The notes under the pieces: generated by a model
The model's input: the letters and a program-made list of their open reading frames with translations, nothing else
What the model was told of the DNA's origin: nothing
Databases searched by the model: none
Position numbers and translations under genes: made by a program
Shown here: piece after piece, positions 1 through 12,490 of the stretch
How the letters are laid out: every line of letters begins with the position of its first letter
Position numbering within the stretch: the first letter of the stretch is position 1
Assembly: GCA_013265495.1 (NCBI GenBank)
Contig: MU058844.1
Span: forward strand, 2,459,520 to 2,523,519
Source: Vicugna vicugna
Taxonomy: Eukaryota
Reading direction: 5' to 3'
DNA length: 64,000 bases

Positions 1-470
1 TGTTGACTTAAAGAAAAATAAACAACATTTAAGAGTTGTGAGTTTGTTTCATTAAGGAACTTACTGAAGACTACAGCCATGGAGACAACTCTGAGGAACT
101 GCTCTGAACAGGTAGGAGAGGAACCAGTATATCTATGAATTTGGAGGGGTAGGAAATATATGCAGTCAAGCATGCATTTTGTTAGAAGATTATTGCTAAT
201 CACAAAGAACAGATACTTCAAGTTAATGATTTTAGTGCTTTTTTATGTATGGGAAGATGCAAGAATCCGGATCATCGAAATTCTTCCTGCTATATGCACT
301 TAACTATCTAGAGGCCCTTTCTCCAAAGCACAGAGCACTTCATCTTGTTTTTTCCCCCCTGAATTCCCTTCCAGGTACACTGCACATGGGTAACTGCAAT
401 GGGTTACAACTTAACCCTTTAGAACTGAATAATGAGCAACCCTCTTTGTTCCTTTTTTTTTTTTTTCACA
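1..470 (-). mobile_element. ERV1-class solo LTR (MER41-like family of cetartiodactyls)
   Basis: Begins TG at 1 and ends CA at 470. Internal 'gattattgctaatcacaaagaacagatacttcaagttaatgattttagtgctttt...tatgtatgggaagatgcaag' resembles a recalled ungulate ERV1 LTR consensus in antisense. Confidence 0.7.
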
Positions 471-859
471 TAGCTTTGCAGAGAGAGCCAGTCACCCGCC
501 TCCACTTCCATTAGCTGTTCTCTGCCTGGATTCCTTCAGTGAAACAATTCTCAGTAGGTGACATAATGAGAAATAGGATATAAGACACAGAAACACATTG
601 TAACATGTGATGCTAAATAGCCAAAGAAGCCAAATAGTTGTCAGGGAAGAAAATCAGGAAGCGCACCAAAAGCACAGTATGCTTTGGGGTGTAGTGTTTC
701 ACATCTTTACTCTTGCAGTATTGGCCCTAACAGCTGGTTTTTGTTTTTCATAATGCAAGTGCCTGGCTTAAGCTCTGATTCCTGATGCATCCACTTCAAA
801 GAGGTATCCACTTCAAAAATAGCTGTCTTTAATAAACACACTGTCAGCCACACGACTAG

Positions 860-1325
860 ATAAAGATTCAGCCACAACCCCACCACCACCCTCTGCAGGT
901 TCCTTCATTTGTAAGATCTCTGTCAATTTTGATTACTGACTATTGGGGCTACTTGTTTTTTTCTCTTCTTGTATTTTAAATTCCCATTCTTGTTCATCAA
1001 CAAAGAGTGAGCCCGTGAAACCCTAAGTTCATCAACAAAGAGTGAGCCTGTGAAACCCTAAGCCCCTATCCTTGACCCTAGTAAAAGCAGAACCCCAGGC
1101 TCATAGGTATACTTTCTCTCTCCCTACAATCTTGCTGTGTGGCCCCAGGTGTACCATGTAATTTTCAGGACTTGTAAGTAATAAAGCTTGTCTCTTTCAA
1201 AGTTTCCTAATGGTTATTGCTGAGGGCATCTTGCAATCATAGTAAGAACCACAAGGACTGGTCAACCATCACACTAGCTATAGGTAGGCTGAGACCAACA
1301 TGAAATAGTTTTATAGACAAAACAG
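860..1325 (+). mobile_element. Probable LTR remnant, family unassigned
   Basis: LTR-like layout with a CT-rich stretch and 'gtaagtaataaagc' polyA signal near 1180, followed by a U5-like tail. Boundaries are uncertain. Confidence 0.45.
992..1061. repeat. 35-bp tandem duplication (2 copies)
   Basis: gttcatcaacaaagagtgagccYgtgaaaccctaa at 992-1026 and 1027-1061, with one C/T difference at a CpG. Confidence 0.95.
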
Positions 1326-2031
1326 GATATCTCCCAGGTCAGAGTACCAGCATGAGATTGAATCTCAGTCCACCAGCGCCACTTTCAACAAATCTCTACT
1401 GGATGTTACAAAGTGAGTTAGGATCCTTGAGCATCAGCCTGCCCTCCTAGTCTAGATCTGATTGGAGACTTTGTAGACCCCTAGAGTGGAGTAAGTACTC
1501 AGTGAAGGGGCTGAAAGTCTCAGCTCCACCAAATTCTAGCCCTAGACTCTTCACACCCACACCCAAGGGTAACTGAACAGTCAACAAATAAGCAAAGCAA
1601 ACAAATGAAATGAGGCCTTAGAAAAGGCAAGAACTCTCATAAAGAATTAGAGTAAGAGCTTAATTTTGAAAACTGTTTTCTGAAAGAAATAAAGGGGACA
1701 TTTAGAATGAAAATTTAGAACATCAGGTGCATGTTCTCTCAAAACACAAGAAAGATTGGAATGTATGAAAAAGAAACATAAGTCAACAAGTGGAGACAGG
1801 GCTGAAAGTGGGTCATTCAACAAATATTCATTGTGATGTAGGAGACAGACACACAAACACACAACTTAATTATAAACAGTTCAGACTTATTTCTAAAAAT
1901 AATACAAGAAATTATAATATGGAACTGTTGCTAAAGAACACAATTGATGCTGCAGAGGGTCAATTCAGAGGAAGTGCAAAGGAAAAGGACAAAGACATAA
2001 GAGCAAGGAAAGAAAATGGAAACAAAAAGCA

Positions 2032-2126
2032 GTTTTTTGTTTTTTAATGAAGGTCCTGGGGATTGAACCCAGGACCCCTTGTGTATGCTAAGCATACACT
2101 CTACCACTGAGCTATACACTTCCCCC
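2032..2126 (-). mobile_element. tRNA-derived SINE, camelid Vic-1-like
   Basis: Reverse complement reads ggggaagtgtaTAGCTCAGTGGtagagtgtatgcttagcatacacaaggggtcctgGGTTCAATCCccaggacc followed by an A-rich tail. Pol III A and B boxes are present. Confidence 0.85.
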
Positions 2127-4169
2127 TTAAACAGTTTTAACCTAAATACCTGCAAATTTTAATCAGAAAACAAAATCTTCAGATGAAACAGAACAAATTA
2201 AAAGAGACTCCATCTGTAGGAAAAGAAAAAAAAATGTCTAGACAGGGTAACTATAATTCCTAGAAAAAGTAATAAGGCTCACATATCCTGATAATTTTAT
2301 CTTTTAATTTTAAGGCTACCAAAAAATATTCTGTATTAACCCATAAAAGGATTCTCCAATTGAACAGGCTTCTAACCTAGAAGTTGCATCTCAGCATCCC
2401 ATTACCCTTTTCTCATGAGTGATGGCATTGTCTTGATTTGTTTTCTTTATCTTACAAAGAGAACAGAGGGCATAAAGACCTAAATGGCAAGATTAAATGG
2501 TCAGTTAGCAGCAGAGCTGAGATTACATGCCTGATTCAAATGAACACCTATTTGAAAAATTTTCCACAATATGCAATCCTTTCTTCCTTGTTTACTATAA
2601 ATCTGTTCAGCAAACACTTTTGCACATGTAATCTACTTCACCCAGCTGATTCTTCCAAAATAAAAAATATAAATGAAGAGGAAGGAGAATGGTATAATAG
2701 GCCTTTGATAAAGGACAAAAAGACTAACTTTTCCCACTTTTGTTATTCTTAATTTAGTGAGTTTCCCATACAGGCAACTGTAATGTTTTATGTCTATTGT
2801 AAATACTCACAAATTTGTAAATGACATGGCTAATTTGTTAAAACACTTGAATTATAAGAAGAATTGATTGAAAATTGTATTGGCCAGTGCACTCACCTCC
2901 AATTAAAGTCAAAGTATGCACTATAAGATTTTTGTTATTCTCTTTGAGGAAATTACTTTAAAATGATTATTTCTATACACTTCACTCCAAACAACAATGA
3001 ATAATCTGAAACATCACACAAAAGAGCCCACCATAATTCCTGCCATGTAGTCAATGCTCAACAGTTGTTTAATTTCCACTTGTGATTTAGTAGATGAAAT
3101 ATCTTGTGACATAGCTAATTCACTGCTGAAAATTGCACTCGTTTGTTGGAAATCTGGGAGTGAGTGAGAAGAGTCTTTGAGGGATACTCTATTCATATCT
3201 TCTAACAGAGTATCTTCAACTCATTGTTTTCCAGATGGAGTGAAATAATGCACCATATTGTTCCTGTCTCAAAGGTGCAAATAGTAACACATTGTAACTA
3301 CTGTTAGCTTATTTATATTTTTCATCTCTTCTAATGAAGATCATCAAGCTCCCCCATAAGTGATTTGTCACAGAGTTTATCTTCGTGAAACCAATAGATA
3401 TTAGAATCTTAGGGAGAAAAGCATTACATTTATATCTGGTAAGAATAGGTGGAAACTGTCATCTGTTTCATAATTTTTTTTTCATAAAAATTTCTGGTGT
3501 ATTTAAATTTTACTTTCTCCTTCTAATAAAAGAATCAGCATGCATTGATATGAACTAAGAAATAGTAATAAATAAGAGCAATTTGAGCTTGTTCTTATTT
3601 GGTTCCTATTCCCTTACCTTTGGTTTGTTTTCTTTGGTTTCTAATTTTACAGAGGATTTTTGCTAACTAAATAGAAAAGCACAAGTGTTACTTTACAAAT
3701 TCACAGCCAATATTTTCACTGTATTCTGTGTATGTGTGTGTTTTTACAGTTCATCATGATACTTTAATGATGCTGGGAAGTCAAAAAATTTGAAAATAAG
3801 ACATCTTTAATCTTAAGAGTAAAGATGATACAAAAAATCATCCCATGACAAATTAATTTTTAAAAAGCAGATTTTAGATGATTAGGTACAGCATGATCCC
3901 ACTTCGTGAAATAAAAATTGCCTCCCATATAACACACACATCCATTTGTATACCTATATATATTGGGTTGCATGTATATGATCTATATAATTATAGGATA
4001 AATTCCTTAAATCACATTTTACTTTTAGGTTACAAGCCACCATATACACCTAGTATTCCTATTAAATTTCTGGTTCCTTATTCTTGTTTTCCTTTGCTAG
4101 TTTCTCTACTTCTTCCATTGTCTAAACTTTAAAGTCTGCTGAAGATCTGTTCTTAAATTTGTTCTCATG

Positions 4170-5215
4170 TCATGTACAAAAACTTCCGTGGTAATTTCAT
4201 ACACTCTTCATCTTTAAATACCATCTAAATGCTGATGACCTCCAGTATTACAGCTTCATTCTAGATCTTTTCTTCCCAGACTCAAAACTCATATCCAACT
4301 GCTTACCTCCCCCTCCCATCTGAATGACACAAAATCATCTCAAAGTTACCATGTCTAAAATTGCACTTCTGATTCTTAAACCATCCCAAACTTACTCTAA
4401 CAGTCACCTTATTTTACTTTATGACAATTCTGTCTTTCCAGTTTTTTTAAGACTTCAAAGTTTGACCTAACCCTATTTGTTCCATACCCCACATCGAAAC
4501 AATTAACAAATTGCTGGTTTTCCCTTCAAATTATACTCAAAATTCAATTACTAGAATTCCTAGGACTACACTAGTCCAAATCCATTTCTCGCCCAAATTA
4601 CTGAAAAATTTTTGTTTATCTGAATCACCCTTTGCCCCCTTTACTCTTTTTTTCAGCACAGCCCTCATGACCCCTTAAAATTAGACTTATATTCAGTTTT
4701 TTTCCCTCAAACTCTGCCAAAATACTTTTTATCTGCTTCAGATAAAACTCAAAAGTACCTACTTTGACATATATTCTCAGCCCACACCCACCCCACACTC
4801 ACCTGCTAATAATACTTTTTTTTTTTTTTAACCGTTACCTTCTACTCCAGCCACACACGTGTTCTTACTGTCCTCAAAAATTTAGGTCACACTCAACTGA
4901 GAGCCTTTATTCTTTTTATTCCATCTGCCTGGAATGTTCTTTTCCAGAAGTTTGCATGATTTGATGTTCCTCTGTCAAGTTTTCCCAGCCACACAATCTA
5001 AAATTTCAGTATGTACTCCCCTAACACTTTCTATTCCCCTCCTAATGTTATGGTTCTTTTCACCATTTATTATTATTTCTACTTTTATTTGTATGTTTTC
5101 TCAATCAAAATATAAGCTTCATGGAGGCAGACAATTTTTTTGTTTGCTTGTTTACTTCTGTATCCTCAGGGCTTATAACTGTTCCAAGTACATGGTGTTT
5201 GATAAACACTAAAAA
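4170..5215 (+). mobile_element. LINE-2 3' region
   Basis: L2 hallmarks 'taaataccatctaaatgctgatgac', 'catatccaactgcttac' and 'ctgcctggaatgttct', plus the 3' end 'aagcttcatggaggcag...ctgtatcctcagggct'. Confidence 0.8.
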
Positions 5216-6274
5216 TTAATTTTTTCAGGCAATAGGATTGGAAGAATAAAGGAGAAAACATTCAGTTCTTTTTCACAACATTTTAAAGAATAAGATTATG
5301 GGTAAATTTTTTTTTCCTTTCTTTTTCTGTTTTTGTTTCAAAAATAGTATGATGCAAAACTTCTTTATGATTAAAATTGGAAGTTCTAATAACATTTTTC
5401 CCATTGGTTGATAATATCAAAATTTAGGGTCTAAATACTTATTATTCTTGTCAGATCATCTTCTCATACATAGATCCCAAAATGGAAAGCACTGTTAATT
5501 GCTTCAGTATGACTTATTGCTGTAATTCAGGACAACTTGGCTGATGTGATGATTTATTTGTACCAAGCTAAGGAGATTTCATATCAGGCCCACTTACAAG
5601 TAGAGATTGCATTAGAGGAGCAAGGCAGTAAGTAGGCTGTATAGGAAGGAGTTCAAAAAAGAGCCATGGGATGGAAAACGCATGTGTGCAATATTCAGAA
5701 TTTCAGGTAAATAAGATAAATATTAGAAGGAGGAAACTAATGACCATGGATAGGGGGCCTTGCTTTGCACTGGAATTTAGATGAAAGGCGTCTATGTACA
5801 GTTACAGGAATCTGAAAAAGCTACCTGGGTCCCCAGATGCAACTGGGACATAGTGGAAGTTGGCAACTTACTGAAATCAGAATGTGTAGCAATGACCAAA
5901 GCCCAGAAACCTGAATCTTAGTGATGCTCATACTAATGGCTGAGATAGAAGACTCAGGCTCTGAAACAAGGCATTAGAGTACTATTAGCACAAAAGGATG
6001 AAATTTTGTTAATGCAGAAACATAGTAATCAGCACAGGGATTAAATGCCCCTACTCAATGACTAGAGATCCAAAGTAGGAATGCAGTTGTCACTTATGGA
6101 CACAGTACCTTGGGTCATCTAGAGTTTGAGGTAGAGACCGTCTGTTCTGCCTCATGTCTGCACTGGCCTGCACCCTCACAGGGTGAGGATGACATGGATC
6201 AAAGGAAACTAGCAAAGTAGTTTATCTTTTTTGTTTAAACACTGTTTTTTTTTTTCCACTGTAAAAAATTATCT

Positions 6275-6385
6275 GCATTCTTTCATTCAACCAATACTTA
6301 CTTGATTGCTTCTTAAATGTTACTCTGAGCCAGATACTGTCAAGCAAGCAATAAATAAGATAGACTTAGTCCATGCCCTCAAGTC
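6275..6385 (-). mobile_element. LINE-2 3' end fragment
   Basis: 'ttcattcaaccaatacttacttgattgct...gacttagtccatgccctcaag' is typical of an antisense L2 tail. Confidence 0.6.
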
Positions 6386-6614
6386 CTTGCTTTAGTTGTA
6401 ACTTCCATAATTTATTATCCTATATGGAATGAAAATTTAAAATATTCCTTTTACTTTGATGCTCATTCTATCTTGAAACATTTTTATATTTCAATCTGAC
6501 ATGAAATGCATTTAGAGGGATTTTTAACGGACTGAGGAACTGCCCAATGGTCAGAAGGATCTTTCCTTCTGTTAACAGTCTGGGGTCATTCCAGTTCTAA
6601 GTGGTCACACACTC

Positions 6615-6792
6615 ACAGTTGGAAGGGGTGCTAATTATTTTCTAGATGAACCTCCTCATTTTATATGTCTGAGGCCCAGAGAAGATACAACATGCCAAAA
6701 TGTATGTAAAAAAGAATAGTCATCTCAGCCAGGATTAGAATGGGAATTTCCTGATATCATAGGTGAATGCATTTTCTACCATGGCACTGCCT
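6615..6792 (-). mobile_element. MIR SINE
   Basis: 'ctcattttatatgtctgaggcccagagaag...gccaggattagaatggg...ttttctaccatggcactgcct' resembles the antisense MIR core. Confidence 0.65.
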
Positions 6793-9249
6793 AACAGGCT
6801 TCATACTAAAAGCCACATCTTAAAATCTGTGTTTGTCAGTCACATCAGTACACACCCTGCCATTCCCTTTAAATTAGAGCCTTCATGTTATTTCTCTAGG
6901 AAAAATGTCTTTCATTTACTTGGTATTTCAACACATAAAAGGGATTGCTGTGAAAGAAAATGAGACCACTGAAAGCTATTAAAAATAAAGAAAAAAGTTA
7001 TGCTATACATTTCAACCTGAGACATCAAAGTTTGTAGTTAGTCTTTGTATATTAAAAAAAAATGTTGGCACAGTTAAAAAGGAGTTTTTTTTTCAAAATC
7101 AAAAGACTTTGGATAGAAAAGTTGTTTAAGTAAAAGATCAATTGTGTTCACAGGTGCATCACTTACCATTTTTCCTCTGTTTTCATTAGTCAGAAATATT
7201 TCTATGCGAGAATCAGAAAAATCTGAGGAAAATTGGTGTAGGAAAAGGGGAGGGGAGAGGCAGGCACCTCTTTGCTTAACTGGCCATTGGTATAGTTCTC
7301 TGTTGGTTATTGGTGTTCCTGCTGGCAAACAGTGGTTGGCCAGGGGTAGCTCTACACAGCAGGTGAACAATCACTGGCTCCTATAACACATGTGAAGGTC
7401 CTCCTGATGTCCTACTGCCCTGAGGTGACCTTCAATCTTTATCCCTACTTCAGCTATCTGCCCTTCTTTTCCCTCACATTTCCACATAGGAGAAATCAGT
7501 TCAACATGCAGCTCAAGAGCAGTATGGAAGTTAAAGGAGGCACAAGAATGATAATACAAGCACATTACTGCCTCATATCTCATTGAGCTTTATGCTTTAT
7601 ACAGCATCTTGGTTAGTCTTTTCTCAGAATGCTTCACTGTCAATCATTGTGAGGGGTGAGCTCCTTGGCACTACAGAATTCCCCCTCCAACCACCTGAGC
7701 AGAGTTGTCCTCAAGGCTCATTTGCTCCTGATTACAATCCAGTTTTGGCATTGTAGCCTGAAGCCTCCAAACCAATAGGGGTCACTGTGGATTCCACTGG
7801 AGAGCTGCAGCCTCAGTGCTAGCCAATTATTTAAGTATTTATGGTAAGAATTTTTGGCCAGGAGAACTTCTCTGAAACCCCTTTTGGGATTTTGAGTGAG
7901 CTGCTGTGTGGATTAATCATACCAGGTGTCTGAATATTTGACTTTCAGTCTGAATATGCCTCTAACATCAAAGCTAGCTGCTTCTTCTATTCTTTTCATT
8001 TTATTATTCTCAACTATCACCCAAAATGCAAACTCCCTTAGTCATCTATGCTCTATCACATGCAGACACTGTTCTGAACATTGTGGATGCAGAGGTAACA
8101 CAAGGGTACATGAAACATACACATTCAACTAATAAGCTATAGCTAGTGTATTAAGGAATCTCAAATCTATGGTATAAAAATATGATTTTTTTTTCTCTTA
8201 TCTGCTGTTGAATTTTTTTTTTTGCAACTTAATCCTTTCTTGGAAAGATTCCATATTTCTCTGGTAATTAAATGTTTATGAAATGCTACCTTTTTCCAGT
8301 TTAAAACTCCAGTCTCATATCTGATTCATAACCTTAAAACTCTCCTTTGCTTCTGTAGGTAATAGCTCTTTCAAATTACTGGGAGCAGGAAGAAGTGAGA
8401 GGCAAAGAGACAAGTGCCTCTTTCCCCAACTTGTGTTTGTTTATTGTCACTTTTCTGACAAGTATTACTCAGCAGCTGGTGCCTTTTGAATAGCAGGTAT
8501 CCAATTATCGCCTTTCTTGTCAGGCTGTGGTATGAAATTTTCACAGGACATTCTGAGGTCTCTGACCATAGAACCCAAAAATTTGAGAAAATATAATTCT
8601 AAGGCTACATCTTTCATTGCCTCAGCTCCCACCACCAGTGGGACACTCCACAGATGCTCCCTGCTGGTATCACTTGGTTTTGCTGCCATCAAAATAGCTA
8701 AAGTTCAACTACACTATAGGGTGCTGCTCATGGGAAATATCTACATACTTGCCTCACCAATCAGTAAGAATGCAGATTCCAGTGCTGTCTCTCCTCTCGC
8801 CAAGCCATTTTCCCCGTCTTCAGGTAGGCAAATTGTCCTAACAGCCTGAGTAGACATACAGTGGGGAATGGAATGCTAATATCTCCTTCTTGCAGACACC
8901 CTCAATTTCTGCGCTTTATCATATTTGGGTTTAGGAGGGGATGAGGAAAACACGTCCTTCTCTGTTCCTCAGTCATCTTTATAGATTCTTTATGGGACAG
9001 CTGTATATTGTGGTATTGAGAGTATGGCCAGTTGTTTTGCCTCTGAACAAAACTTAAAGAGAATTGCTAGTTATAGATTTAAAAAATGATTTCCTTAAGA
9101 AATTAAAATAATATAGGGATATTTAATATCACTTGTTTCCAACTGTGAGAGCAAGTTGCCAAAGAACAACAGTAAGTCCTAATCAATATTCTGTACTAAC
9201 CAAATAATAAACAGGCACATATCATATAATAAGAGATTAAAGCAAGGTT

Positions 9250-9715
9250 ATATGACAGGGCTACTAGATTGAGAGATTATAAAAGTTCTCAGGGAGGACA
9301 CAATGACTCAAATGACTGTAAGGGTCAATGATACAGACACCTAGGGGGAAGGAGGGCACAGATAGCTGTAGGCAGAAGAAATAACTAGTGAGCAGGTAAA
9401 AACTTCCCAGATTGAAAATGAATCTAGCATATATGAAGAAGGGGAAAAAATCAGTGTGGCTGCAGCAAGGTTTCAGGGTAGAAAGATATGAGGCTGGTTG
9501 AAGACAGAGAGAGAGAGATGATAAAGATTTAAAACAGGGATGTGAAGTCCCCTTGATGGAACTGGGAGACATTTCAAGGTAAAGTTAAAAGAATTTGCTG
9601 ATGGATTAGATGTAGGCACAAGCAGCAAGAGCTTGGTTTTTACTTCAACAGCTGTAAAGATGATTGTACCATTTATTGAAATGACAAAGACTAAGGGAAG
9701 GACAGATTGTTTTTT
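9250..9715 (-). mobile_element. LINE-2 fragment
   Basis: Purine-rich antisense L2 motifs 'cagtgtggctgcagca', 'gaatttgctgatggattagatgtagg' and 'gtaccatttattgaaatg'. Confidence 0.65.
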
Positions 9716-9721
9716 GCTGTT

Positions 9722-10109
9722 TGTATTAGTTTACTAGGGCTGCCTGGATGAAGTACCATATAGTGGATGGCTTAAACAACAGAAGTTTCATTTCTCACAG
9801 TTCTGGAGGCTAGAAATCTGAGACCTAGTTGTCAGCAGGGTTGGTTTCTTCTGAGACCTTTCTCCTTGGCTTATAAATGATTGCCTTTTCCCTGCATTTT
9901 CACATAGTCTTCCTACTGTACCTGTCGGTGTCCAAATTTCCTTTTCTTATACAGGTATCAATTATAATGGATTAGAATCAACCTTAGTGATAATTTTACC
10001 TTAATTATCTCTCTAAAGACCCTCCCTCCAAATATAATTACATTCTGAGATATCAGGGGTTAGGGCTTCAATATATGAATTTTTAGGGGACACAATTCAG
10101 CCCATAACA
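9722..10109 (-). mobile_element. MaLR solo LTR (MLT1A/MLT1B-like)
   Basis: About 390 bp from 'tgtattagtttactagggctgc' through 'ctcacagttctggaggctagaa' to 'ggggacacaattcagcccataaca', with TG...CA termini. Confidence 0.9.
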
Positions 10110-10209
10110 TTGATGTTGTTGATTTGTATGTGTGGGAAGAAATGAGGAAATCAAGAGCTCTGTTTTGCAAATTTCTTTAGGACAATTAAGAAGAGGTAAG
10201 AAGTAGGAC

Positions 10210-10240
10210 TATAACTCAATAAAAAAAAAGTTTAAAAAAA
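10210..10240 (+). mobile_element. 31-bp L1 3' tip with 12-bp target-site duplication (TSD)
   Basis: tataactcaataaaaaaaaagtttaaaaaaa flanked by AAGAAGTAGGAC at 10198-10209 and 10241-10252. Confidence 0.8.
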
Positions 10241-10779
10241 AAGAAGTAGGACAACGTAGATACTTTACACATCACATACTAAAGTAGTGGTAGCAGTCCT
10301 CTATTTCCTCAAGTATCACCAGACAATATAACCTCCTCTTCATGGAAAACTCTGTATATGCAGTTTGTGCCAGCAGTCTAATCTATTCTACATGTCAATG
10401 TCTTCCTATGTTTGGGGCTCATATTTTTTTCTCTCCTGAGAACTTTGACACCTGATTCACAATTCCCCTCTCCACTGTAACTACTGCCATCACTATGGGT
10501 GTGATTTCAACAATGATGAGGACAAACCTACCAACATCATAGTCTCATTACTCTTAAGTAACTTGGACTCTTCCATTTATTCCACAAATGGTCATTGTGT
10601 ACATACAATTGTATCATTCTCTTGGAAAATGCTGGGGGTGTACAAAGATGAGTAATAACGACTCTCTGCCCTCCGAAAGTTTCTGGTCTTGAGGAGGAAA
10701 GAGACAAGTAAAAAACTATATTATAAAATAAATTTATTATTTTTATATATTAACTCAATAAACAGTAAATAATATTATT

Positions 10780-11225
10780 TAACACTGTTGCATGTTATTA
10801 TCCTGTATGCTTAACATATATTAACTTTTTTTTTAATTTTTTATTGATTTATAATCATTTTACAATGTTGTCAAATTCCAGGGTAGAGCTCAATTTTTCA
10901 ATTATACATGAACATATATATATTCATTGTCACATTTTTTCCCTCTGTGAGCTAACATAAGATCTTGTATATATTTCCCTGTGCTGCACAGTATAATCTT
11001 GTTTATCTATTCTACTTTTTGAAAGCCCAGTCTATCCCTTCCCACTATATTAACTCTTTTTAATACTCACAAGGTAGAACTTATCATTATTTTGCAGTTG
11101 GAAAAATGAGCTATTAAGAGGTCAAATAAGTTGTCCAAGGTCACACATAGCTTACAAGTGTCAAAACTGAGACTTGAACCTAAGTAGTCCGTCTCCAGAT
11201 TCATTCAACCACTACACCATGCTAC
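10780..11225 (-). mobile_element. MIR SINE interrupted by a young L1
   Basis: 'gaggtcaaataagttgtccaaggtcacacatagct...gagacttgaacctaag' lies right of the L1 and the MIR 3' part lies left of it. Confidence 0.75.
10827..11045 (-). mobile_element. 5'-truncated camelid-type L1 3' UTR
   Basis: Poly-T followed by 'tttattgatttataatcattttacaatgttgtcaaattccag'. TSD TATATTAACT at 10817-10826 and 11046-11055. Confidence 0.9.
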
Positions 11226-12009
11226 CTTTTTGGTAAGTACAATTTTGGAACAAATCTAAATTGTCATCCTTAATGTGATACCTATATGCCTAATGCTGCC
11301 TAGCATAAAGAAATGGCAGCTGCACTACCTGGTCAGGCCAGCCTAGGGTCCAGAGCAGTCTCCCTTCCTGCCACCAGCCTGACAATTTGACAGTCAGTCA
11401 TCCATGCCCTGCCAATAATACACCAGGGAGAAAAAAGAGGTTTGGGCATCACAAGGGTAAGACTTTGGTAAAGATGTTAGAATAACATGCAATAAAACTG
11501 GTTGGAGCTTTAGTGAATCGATCATCTTCTCAAGAAGGGCTCTCCTTTAGTATTATGGGCAAGCCAGGACTTGCCCCAAGAGTGTGAATGGACCTGAGGC
11601 TAAAGATAAAGGGAGCAGAAACACTAAGGTGAAAAAGCCAGAAGAGGAATGGAGCCCACTGTTCCTGATAATGCATGCAACCTCAGGACAGTTCCCTCAC
11701 TTGCCTCCAGACTAAAATGGATCCCATTTCTCTGAAAGGAAAATTCCTGCTCTGGCTCTATACTGCTTATATTCAGCAGAAGCACTTGAAGTTAAAATTA
11801 AATTTGGAAGCTCTTTAAAAAAATCGGACACAGGCCAAGGACAGTAAGTGAATGAAAATCTTTTTGAAAATGTTGTTGATGATGGAAAATCTGGCACAGG
11901 AAACACGCCTGGCAGTAAACATATCTGTTATAACAAGGAATTAAATGTCGCATGACAACGTTCTTTGCTTTATAATGGATTAGGTATGTCTTTGCTAGTA
12001 ACGCTTTCT

Positions 12010-12490
12010 GGAAATACATTTATTGAGAGATAATCACCTTTGTATGTCTACACTAGGTGCTATGGGAATACGAATGAATCTGAGGTCTGAGGTGTGTATT
12101 TGGGGTAGGAGAGTTGTGGAGGAGGTGTGTGACTCATGCCTTGAAAGAGGAGGGATATTTGAGTAACGGACAAAGTACACGCAAACAACATGAACTAAGG
12201 CACTGAGAAAAGACTAAGTCAGTACTAAGTATCTGGAAGAGTCTGCTCTGATTCATTTAGAGAGAGTACACAGGAGACTGAGGAGTGTTGGAATACTGCA
12301 AAGTTTGTAGCATAGTGGAAGGTTAAGAATAGTGCTCCTGAATCTCAGATTTGACTCAACTTTGCAACATAGAGGTGGTGAGACTCAAAGGTTACCTCTC
12401 ACAACCTCGGGTTCTTCATTTTTTAAAACCTCTGTGAATTAATGAGATAATGTGACACATTTAGCCCAATACGTAGCTTTTATTGTTTTT
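12010..12490. mobile_element. Adjacent L2 (-) and MIR (+) remnants
   Basis: 'aaatacatttattgag...ctacactaggtgctatggg' is L2-like. 'gtagcatagtgg...aatgagataatgtg' is MIR-like. Confidence 0.5.

Noticed and set aside
992..1061. CRISPR-like 35-bp direct repeats
   Set aside because: Only two head-to-tail copies with no spacer, in a mammalian genome with no cas genes; it is a simple tandem duplication.
2050..2126. Functional tRNA gene
   Set aside because: The A-rich tail, CpG decay and imperfect stems indicate a tRNA-derived SINE.
8435..9000. Possible minus-strand processed pseudogene (75-aa ORF ending KAPAAE* with AATAAA about 20 nt later)
   Set aside because: No recognisable protein in any frame, no polyA tail and no TSD. 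A BLASTx hit would be needed to revive it.
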